DNA of 64,000 bases from positions 5,058 to 69,057 of the forward strand of contig JBFIPU010000005.1 of NCBI GenBank assembly GCA_041609995.1, given 5' to 3'. Under the pieces are notes generated by a model. That model was given only the letters and a program-made list of their open reading frames with translations. It was not told the origin of the DNA and made no database searches. Made by a program: the position numbers and the translations under genes. The stretch comes from Acidimicrobiia bacterium (GTDB taxonomy: Bacteria; Actinomycetota; Acidimicrobiia; Spongiisociales; SHLN01). Shown here in pieces: positions 30,138 to 36,987 of this stretch; the stretch's first letter is position 1; every line of letters starts with the position of its first letter.

Positions 30138-30830
30138 ATGAGCGGAACCGACGTGATTTGGCTGATCGTTCTCATCGCTGCTGTGGCGGCGGTGGTGGTC
30201 TATCTCGTTCGGGTGAGACCGGGTCCTCGTCCTGGTTCCGGCGATGGTCTGGCGGGGACGATGGACGAAACCGAATCGGCGCACGGATCTGGCCCTGCTC
30301 CGGCGCCGACGACCCGCCGCGCCTCTCCGATGGACGCAGAGGCCGACCCACTGGGAGCCCATTTCGAGGCGCCGGCCGAAGCGCCTCAGCTCGCCGACTC
30401 GGTGCCCCGCGATGCGATGTCACCGGCCGGCTCGTTTATCACGATTCCGGACGCCTGGGCATCTCAGCTGCGCGAACAGGGAATTTCGCTCGAGGGGTCA
30501 TCGGCTGCCGACGTCGTGTTGGGGGTGCTGCGGGCCGCCGGGTACAACACGAATCCGAAGGGTGCCAACGAATACGAGATCACCAAGGGTCGCGCTACCA
30601 CCTATCTCCTGGTCGATCCATACGACGAAGCCGCCCATCCGGAGATGGATGAATCCGACATCACCCGGTTTGTGATGGCATTCATCAACTCCAAGGCAGA
30701 CAACGGCCTCTACGTCACAGACAAGTTTGCGCCGTTCTCGGTCTATGACCGCGAGAAGCGTGACAAGCGTATCCGTTTCGTCTCCCGTGAACGCATACAG
30801 CAGTTCGTCAACGGAATCACAGGGGCCTAG
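30138..30830 (+). CDS. Hypothetical membrane-anchored protein with Mrr-like (restriction-endonuclease-fold) C-terminal domain
   Basis: N-terminal TM 'VIWLIVLIAAVAAVVVYLV' and a disordered Pro/Ala linker. The C-terminal ~110 aa resemble the Mrr_cat topology ('VVLGVLRAAGYNT...TTYLLVDPYD...ADNGLYVTDKFAPFS'). The canonical D..(D/E)xK is not evident. Confidence 0.45.
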   Translation: MSGTDVIWLIVLIAAVAAVVVYLVRVRPGPRPGSGDGLAGTMDETESAHGSGPAPAPTTRRASPMDAEADPLGAHFEAPAEAPQLADSVPRDAMSPAGSFITIPDAWASQLREQGISLEGSSAADVVLGVLRAAGYNTNPKGANEYEITKGRATTYLLVDPYDEAAHPEMDESDITRFVMAFINSKADNGLYVTDKFAPFSVYDREKRDKRIRFVSRERIQQFVNGITGA

Positions 30831-30877
30831 CGGGGTTGAGCCGGTAGACTCGGTCGGAGACCAAGGAGGTCCGTGAG

Positions 30878-31072
30878 ATGAATTTCCAGGGCTGGGAATG
30901 GATCATTCTCCTCGTCGCTCTGCTGCTGCTGTTCGGTGCCAAGAAGCTTCCAGAGCTGGCCCGTTCATTGGGGGCGTCGAGCCGGGAATTCAAGAAAGGC
31001 CTCGAAGACGGGGCCAAGGATGTCGACGCCGACAAGGCGACAGGCGTCGACACTTCCGCCGAAGAGAGCTGA
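30878..31072 (+). CDS. tatA: Twin-arginine translocase subunit TatA/E
   Basis: 'WEWIILLVALLLLFGAKKLPELARSLG' is the canonical TatA TM plus amphipathic helix; 64 aa. Confidence 0.95.
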   Translation: MNFQGWEWIILLVALLLLFGAKKLPELARSLGASSREFKKGLEDGAKDVDADKATGVDTSAEES

Positions 31073-31137
31073 ATCGCCGACGGTCTCCCGGCTGGTCAGA
31101 CTCCGCCGTCGCAGGCGACGCCCGCGCTCCCGAAGCC

Positions 31138-31164
31138 GGGAACCATCTCCCACCTACATTCGTT
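31138..31164 (+). promoter_or_regulatory. SigE-type ECF promoter (GGGAACC-N16/17-CGTT)
   Basis: 'GGGAAC' at 31138-31143, a 17-nt spacer, then 'CGTT' at 31161-31164, about 170 nt upstream of the sigE ATG. This matches the actinobacterial SigE consensus GGAAC-N16-17-CGTT. Confidence 0.55.
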
Positions 31165-31333
31165 TCCCTCATGACCGCTGTTGGTCTGGTTTGGCCAACC
31201 GCTGCTGTCATGTCGCTTCTCGGTTCACGGTGACCGCCGGGTACCGTCATCGGGGCGGCCTGCAGGGACAAACCCTCGGGCCGTCTCAGATGAATCGGGT
31301 CTGCTCAGATCGGGCCCACGGGGGAGCGTCTTG

Positions 31334-31852
31334 ATGGACGAAGAGGCGGCAGACGGCGGAATACCGTCGTGGGAAGACGTAGCCCACCGATATGGACCCA
31401 AGATCTATAGCTTCGCATATCGCCTCACCGGCAACCCGGACGACGCAGCTGACCTCAGTCAGGAAGTGCTGTTACGCGTGCGCAAAGGTTTGCCGACCTA
31501 CAAGCCAGGCACGTTCGAGGGCTGGTTGTGGAGGATCACCCGGAACGCTTTCATCGACGACGTCCGCCGGAAGAAACGGCGGCCGGTGGTGCCGCTGTTC
31601 GACTCGACGCCTGCCGGGGCGTCACCACCCCCGGACGTGGTCATCTCGCAGGAGCGAATCGACCCGAGCGTCCAGGGGGCATTGCTGGAGCTCCCGGTCG
31701 AGTTCCGCGAGGCAGTGGTTCTGTGCGACGTGGTCGGCCTCTCGTACGACGAGATCGCAGAGGCCACCGGTGTGGCCCTCGGCACCGTGCGCAGCCGCAT
31801 ACATCGCGGGCGCAAGCTGCTGCGCGCCGCCCTGGAGGGGTATCAGCCGTGA
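31334..31852 (+). CDS. sigE: ECF RNA polymerase sigma factor (SigE-like)
   Basis: Region 2 'YSFAYRLTGNPDDAADLSQEVLLRV' and region 4 'LSYDEIAEATGVALGTVRSRIHRGRKLL'. ATG 31334 was chosen over the listed 31181. Confidence 0.9.
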   Translation: MDEEAADGGIPSWEDVAHRYGPKIYSFAYRLTGNPDDAADLSQEVLLRVRKGLPTYKPGTFEGWLWRITRNAFIDDVRRKKRRPVVPLFDSTPAGASPPPDVVISQERIDPSVQGALLELPVEFREAVVLCDVVGLSYDEIAEATGVALGTVRSRIHRGRKLLRAALEGYQP

Positions 31853-32265
31853 TTGACGACCCTGAGCTGCTCTCTGCCTACCTCGACGGCGAGGTCACGG
31901 ATGCGGAGGCGATGCGGATCGAGACCCACCTGTCGGAGTGCCCGGATTGTGCCCAAGAGCTCGAGGGTCTCAACTGGGCCCGCTCGGCAGTACGCAGCCT
32001 TCCCCTCCTGGCTCCCCCGACTGACGTCTTCGACGCCATACCGATCCCGTCAGCCCAGGGGCCGGCCCGCGGGCGATTCCTGATGCCGGTGGCGGCAGCT
32101 GTGGCTGCGATTGTGGTGATAGGCGGGGTCGTATCAGGCGTCGTGGCGGCTTCGGATGCTCAGGAGATCCCCATTGAGAGCGTCGCCACCCAGCACGCGG
32201 TCGGCAGCGCCGGGCAGCCGGGTGTGCTGCTCGTGTCGGTTCCCATGGATGGAATCGGGCAGTGA
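31849..32265 (+). CDS. Anti-sigma factor, zf-HC2 type (RseA-like)
   Basis: 'LLSAYLDGEV...HLSECPDCAQEL' (H-x3-C-x2-C) followed by one TM ('VAAAVAAIVVIGGVV'). GTG 31849 overlaps the sigE stop. Confidence 0.85.
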   Translation: MIDDPELLSAYLDGEVTDAEAMRIETHLSECPDCAQELEGLNWARSAVRSLPLLAPPTDVFDAIPIPSAQGPARGRFLMPVAAAVAAIVVIGGVVSGVVAASDAQEIPIESVATQHAVGSAGQPGVLLVSVPMDGIGQ

Positions 32266-33143
32266 CGGCTTGGCTGACCCTGATCGTGGCGGTGGCCACA
32301 CTGTTCGCCGGCTCGTCGCCCGAGCTCATCGAGTTGTTCGATGCGGCCAATTCCACCGACATGAACGGTCGCCAGCTCTCGGTCACCTTCACCGAGGAAG
32401 GGACTGTGACCGATCTCCGGCGTGTCGCCCAAACCGGTGGCATGGCGATGGTGGAATCTTCAGGCGGTGCGACCATGGTCGGCAACGGGGTGCTCTACAA
32501 GGACGATCTGACGGCTGCTGCGATGCCGGCCGCTGCCCCGATGGAGTTCTCCGATCGCTACGACGTCACGATCGAGCCGACGGCCCGTGGCACCGAGGCT
32601 TCGATCTGGGAAGCCGGCGCATTGCGGGCTCGTTATGTGTTCGGTGACGACGGTGCCCTCGCCATGAGCGAGGTCTTCGCCGCCGACGGTTCGCTCTTCC
32701 GGATGCAGATGCTGATCCCGGACGGAGATGAGGTGCCTGGGTTTGCGATGGATGAGATGCCCGAACCCGACATGATGGTCGAGGCATCATCCGGCCTTCT
32801 CCCGGCGATGCCCGCCTATCAGGCCGGACCGGTCTACGAGGCGCCCGCCGGAGGGGTGCAGCGCTTCTACACCGACGGGCTGTTCCGCTTTTCCGTTTTT
32901 GCGTTTCCGGTGCGCACGTCCATCGTCGGCATGGAGATTCATGAAACCGAGTACGACGGCCGGGACGGATATCACCGGTCGTATGGGCCGACGACAACGA
33001 GTGTCACGTGGCACGGCGCCGACCACACCTACGTGGTTGTGGGGGACCTGCCTCCGGATCATCTGGCTGCCGTCATCGGCGAGTTGCCGAGGCCGGCGAG
33101 CCAGAACTGGTTTGCCCGGATGTGGCGGAAGCTCTTCGGCTAG
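32262..33143 (+). CDS. Exported protein, possible MucB/RseB-like sigma-E regulatory partner
   Basis: Translationally coupled to the anti-sigma gene (ATGA). It has an N-terminal hydrophobic segment, and the C-terminal 'FYTDGLFRFSVFAFP' resembles the RseB/MucB C-domain 'DGlasvSVFiEP' pattern. Assignment is tentative. Confidence 0.4.
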   Translation: MTAWLTLIVAVATLFAGSSPELIELFDAANSTDMNGRQLSVTFTEEGTVTDLRRVAQTGGMAMVESSGGATMVGNGVLYKDDLTAAAMPAAAPMEFSDRYDVTIEPTARGTEASIWEAGALRARYVFGDDGALAMSEVFAADGSLFRMQMLIPDGDEVPGFAMDEMPEPDMMVEASSGLLPAMPAYQAGPVYEAPAGGVQRFYTDGLFRFSVFAFPVRTSIVGMEIHETEYDGRDGYHRSYGPTTTSVTWHGADHTYVVVGDLPPDHLAAVIGELPRPASQNWFARMWRKLFG

Positions 33144-35233
33144 TTCTTGCCGCGATCGCGACCGCCCCGGCGGCCGCGAACCGGCTCATCGGGTCGAGCC
33201 GCGGTCGGATGTCCGGTGGGCCCGACCGACCCGTCACCGCTCGCCGGTCCGCCATCTTCGCGTCGAGGTTGACGCGGACGCCGGACCTTGCGGGGTCCTT
33301 CTCCGGATGTGGCGCCCGAACCGGATCCCTGGCGGGCTCCGGCACCAACGGGCTCCTTGTCCAACCCCGAGCCGGGTGCTCCGTTCTCGTCTTGCGAAGT
33401 GGGCGGCTGAGTGGCGCTCTCGAACCCGAGGCCGAGGATGTCCTTCATCGACCCATCCGAGGCGGTCATCTCGGGGCGGAGCGGTGCCCGCGTGTAGATG
33501 TACCCGATCGCAGGAGTCTCGATGAAGTGGAGGCGATCTGCCACCTCTTCGAGCTCGCCGACCCGGCTGTTGTGCGGCACGATGACGGCGACGCCGTCGA
33601 CGTAGCGCACCAGGGTGCTGGCATAGGCCACCTGCAAAAGCGGCGGCCCGTCGATGATGACCAGGTCGAACTGGTCCCGAACGTCCTGGAAGAACTGCTG
33701 GGTCTCCTCACTGCGGAAGAAGGTAGAGGCCTCGACGGGCTGACGCCCGCGCCACAGAACGTACAGCGAGCGGTTGTCGGTGACCACCACTTCCTGGATG
33801 GCGTGCTCGAGCGGAACTGCTCCCTGAACTACTTCCGTGATCCCATATTGGGGCTGGATGTCGCCTAGCAGCAGGCGGGTGACCTCCTGGTTGCCGAAGT
33901 CGGCATCGATGATCAGCACTTTCAGCCCTTCGCGGGCGGCGGCAATTGCAGTGTTCGCCGCCGTCGTCGTTTTGCCGGATCCCAACGTGGCCGAGACCAT
34001 CATGAGACTGCGGGCCCCGGCCGCAGCCGCCCGGATATCCACAGCAGCCGCCGCGAACCTGAACGCCTCGGCCGACGCCGACGTCGGCGCCGATGTGACC
34101 GGCAGGGGAGACTTGATGCCTTCGAGTGCGAAGTTGGGAACCTCGGCCAGCAGCGGTGCGTTGAGCACCAGCTCCGGCAGCAGGCGGCTGCCGAAGGCCC
34201 GGCGGCGTGAGGCGAGGAAGTAGGCGAGAGCAGCCGCAATTCCCAATCCCAGAATGATCGATGCGGCCAGCACCCGGGGCGTGCCGACGGTCGACGGCTC
34301 CTTGGGGGGAAGCGCCTGCGAGAAGATCGTGAGGCCGATGCCGTTGCTCTCGGTTGCAATGAAGATCTCGTTGGCCTGTCCGCTCAGGTTGGCGATCTCG
34401 TCGATGGCGTCCTGTTGCTCGGCCAGTAGCGCGACGAGCTCCGGGTCGCGTTGCTCGATTCGGCTGATCACTTCCCAGCGGGAGAAGTCTCGGGTCAAAT
34501 CGTCGAGCCTGTCCCGGAGTTCCGCCTGTCGATCCGAGCCTTCCTCGGCGTTGGCCAGCTCTACCCGAACCCGGTTCAGATCTTCGAGCGCTGTCTGGAA
34601 CTGATCATCGAGTTCTGTCTGTACGGCGTCCTGGGCCTGAAGCGCCAGTATCTCCTGCTGGATCTCCGCCAACCGGAGCTCGGACGCCTCCTTGAGTTGG
34701 TCGATCTGCGAAACGACGTTGTTGGCGACCGACTGCACCTGGGCGGAACGCACCTTTTCGTACGCCTCCACGATCGAATTGGCTCCGGCCGCCGCCGCCT
34801 CGGCGCTATCGGCGTCGTACGTCACCGTGATCAGATTGACTTCGCGGCTCGAGGTGACGGTGCGGCTGCTGATGATGTCTTCCGGGTCGATGGGAAACCC
34901 GCGAGCCGCCATGAGCTGAGAGGCTTCTTCGGCGACGGCGTTTGTCTCGAGAATCTCGACCTGGTCGGCAACATACCGCTGCGTGTCCGATGTCCGGATG
35001 ACGGATGCGGCCGTCTCAAACGGACTGTTTGCGCGGGGATCTTCGACGAAGAGCTCTGCTTCGGCGGTGAACCCGGCCGGGATCAGCTCCTGGGCCAGCA
35101 GGCCCAGCCCGGCAGTGGCCGCGACGATGACGGCGACCAGCCATCGATAACGCCACATGGCGGCCAGGATGCTTGGCTGCTCCAAGGCCGCGATGTCGTC
35201 GAAATCTCTCGGTCGCATTGTGTCCATGTCCAC
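33140..35233 (-). CDS. Polysaccharide co-polymerase (Wzz domain) fused to BY-kinase-like P-loop ATPase (Wzc-like), paralog 1
   Basis: 'WRYRWL' TM1, a long coiled-coil ectodomain and TM2. The ATPase has Walker A 'SATLGSGKTT', A' 'LIIDADFGN' and B 'VIIDGPPLL'. The Gly/Arg-rich C-tail has no Tyr cluster. Confidence 0.8.
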   Translation of the reverse strand: MDMDTMRPRDFDDIAALEQPSILAAMWRYRWLVAVIVAATAGLGLLAQELIPAGFTAEAELFVEDPRANSPFETAASVIRTSDTQRYVADQVEILETNAVAEEASQLMAARGFPIDPEDIISSRTVTSSREVNLITVTYDADSAEAAAAGANSIVEAYEKVRSAQVQSVANNVVSQIDQLKEASELRLAEIQQEILALQAQDAVQTELDDQFQTALEDLNRVRVELANAEEGSDRQAELRDRLDDLTRDFSRWEVISRIEQRDPELVALLAEQQDAIDEIANLSGQANEIFIATESNGIGLTIFSQALPPKEPSTVGTPRVLAASIILGLGIAAALAYFLASRRRAFGSRLLPELVLNAPLLAEVPNFALEGIKSPLPVTSAPTSASAEAFRFAAAAVDIRAAAAGARSLMMVSATLGSGKTTTAANTAIAAAREGLKVLIIDADFGNQEVTRLLLGDIQPQYGITEVVQGAVPLEHAIQEVVVTDNRSLYVLWRGRQPVEASTFFRSEETQQFFQDVRDQFDLVIIDGPPLLQVAYASTLVRYVDGVAVIVPHNSRVGELEEVADRLHFIETPAIGYIYTRAPLRPEMTASDGSMKDILGLGFESATQPPTSQDENGAPGSGLDKEPVGAGARQGSGSGATSGEGPRKVRRPRQPRREDGGPASGDGSVGPTGHPTAARPDEPVRGRRGGRDRGKN

Positions 35234-35412
35234 CTCTACCCGTCTTTTTCTCTGTGTCGCAGACCCTCATCAGTGTATGAAGCAACTGCGATCTTTCCTT
35301 GAGCTTCACCGGTTTTTACATCGGTTCCGTGCGCCCGACCGACCGTGTTGACTACCCCTGAGCGACTCGTGGATGGCGCCGGATGGCGGGCGCCAGCTTA
35401 CTTTGCTGCGGC

Positions 35413-36111
35413 TCAATGCCCCTTGCTGTCACCCATCGCGGCCGGAAGTGTCTTCAGCAGGATCTCGACATCGGTGCCAAACGAGATCGACTCGACGTAG
35501 TCGATGTCGATGCTGGTTGCTTCGTGCATGGGGACATCGCCCCGGGCCGAGATCTGCCACAGACCGGTCACACCCGGTTTGATGACGTGACGTTGATGCT
35601 GCCACGGCTCATAGCGTTGGACGATCTGCACCATCTCGGGACGCGGACCAACCAGGCTCATGTCGCCCAGCAGCACATTCCACAGCTGGGGCAGCTCATC
35701 CAGGCTCCATCTCCGGAGAATGCGTCCCAGGTCGGTCAATCGCGGATCGTTCTCATCTTTGTGTGTGACCCGCCGATCTGTGCCGACGAAATCGGGACCG
35801 CCATTTCTCCGGTCAGGCCGCATGGTGCGGAACTTGTATACGTTGAACACCCGTCCTCCCCGGCCAACCCGGGGCTGCTTGAGGATGATCGGCCTGCCGA
35901 GATCGTGGTAGACGAGAATGGCGATGATGAGACAGATGGGTGCCGTGACGAGCGTGAGCACGATTCCACCCACGAGATCGATGAGCGGCTTGACGACCTG
36001 TACGTAGACGGAGGGTGTGAAGCTGATGCCGGCGAAACGGGTGGGATCGAAGACTTCGGTTGGAGCAGCCCGACCACCTTCCCGGTCGATGGGGGTTGCG
36101 TTCTGTGTCAT
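35413..36111 (-). CDS. Initiating sugar-phosphate transferase (Bac_transf / WbaP-C/EpsL-like)
   Basis: Single TM 'LVGGIVLTLVTAPICLIIAILVY', 'KQPRVGRGGRVFNVYKFRTM', 'SLDELPQLWNVLLGDMSLVGPRP'. Confidence 0.9.
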   Translation of the reverse strand: MTQNATPIDREGGRAAPTEVFDPTRFAGISFTPSVYVQVVKPLIDLVGGIVLTLVTAPICLIIAILVYHDLGRPIILKQPRVGRGGRVFNVYKFRTMRPDRRNGGPDFVGTDRRVTHKDENDPRLTDLGRILRRWSLDELPQLWNVLLGDMSLVGPRPEMVQIVQRYEPWQHQRHVIKPGVTGLWQISARGDVPMHEATSIDIDYVESISFGTDVEILLKTLPAAMGDSKGH

Positions 36112-36471
36112 CTGTGCGCCCGCTATTCCCTATACAACTCGGCTGCCAGAGCCGATGCATCCCATGGCATCCCGTCCGGACCAGCTTGGAAATACCGGTC
36201 GAGATGTCCTGCCTTGCCCCGTGAACCAGTGCTTTTGGGGGTTTGGCTATCACCACAAAGCGTAGCCAGATCGAATTTTGCCGTGGTCCGAAATGGCCTT
36301 GGTTTTCACCGGCCACGCTAAATAGGCAACGCGAGCGTCTGCCATAGGTCTTTGGGATTATTTCGACGGAAGGGGCGCCGACTGAAGGTGCCGGCGTCCT
36401 GGGTGGAACAGCCTGGAGTAGAGTCGTGCCACGCTTGGCCCGTTCGGAGGAGGTCTCTTGATAGCCCGGCG

Positions 36472-36987
36472 ATGCGTTCAAGGGCGCCGATCATCGCCCA
36501 CGAGGCGGGGCGCGGTCATCTCGTGACGAACGGTGACGACCAGCCCAGCGATGTCCTGACTGTCGATGTCCTGGTGTTGTGCACCGGCAATCGATGTCGC
36601 TCCCAGATCGCCGAAGGCTGGCTGCGGAGTTTCTTCGGCGAGCGGATGGTGGTTGCCAGCGCAGGGCTGAGCCCATCGACGGTTCATCCGCTGGCGATCC
36701 AGGTGATGAACGAGGTCGGCGTCGATATCAGTGCTCAGACCTCCAAACACGTCGACGAGCTGGCCGGTGCCGAGGTCGGCGTGGTCGTCACGGTGTGCGA
36801 TTCCGCAGCTGAGTCTTGCCCGACGTTTCCGGCATCCACGAGCGTGATTCACCGGAGCTTTCCGGACCCGGACCACCCCGAGCTGGAAGTCGCCGAGCAG
36901 CTCGAGATCATGCGTCGCGCTCGTGACGAAATCGGGGCGTGGGCGAAAGCGTTCGTTGCCGAGCTTCTGGCGGGTCAGGAGACGTAG
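36472..36987 (+). CDS. Low-molecular-weight phosphotyrosine phosphatase / ArsC-type
   Basis: P-loop 'CTGNRCRS' (CX5R-S) and a downstream 'DP' Asp loop 'SFPDPD'. The start is uncertain (ATG 36472 or GTG 36523). The 3' end overlaps the convergent GT gene by 13 nt. Confidence 0.8.
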   Translation: MRSRAPIIAHEAGRGHLVTNGDDQPSDVLTVDVLVLCTGNRCRSQIAEGWLRSFFGERMVVASAGLSPSTVHPLAIQVMNEVGVDISAQTSKHVDELAGAEVGVVVTVCDSAAESCPTFPASTSVIHRSFPDPDHPELEVAEQLEIMRRARDEIGAWAKAFVAELLAGQET

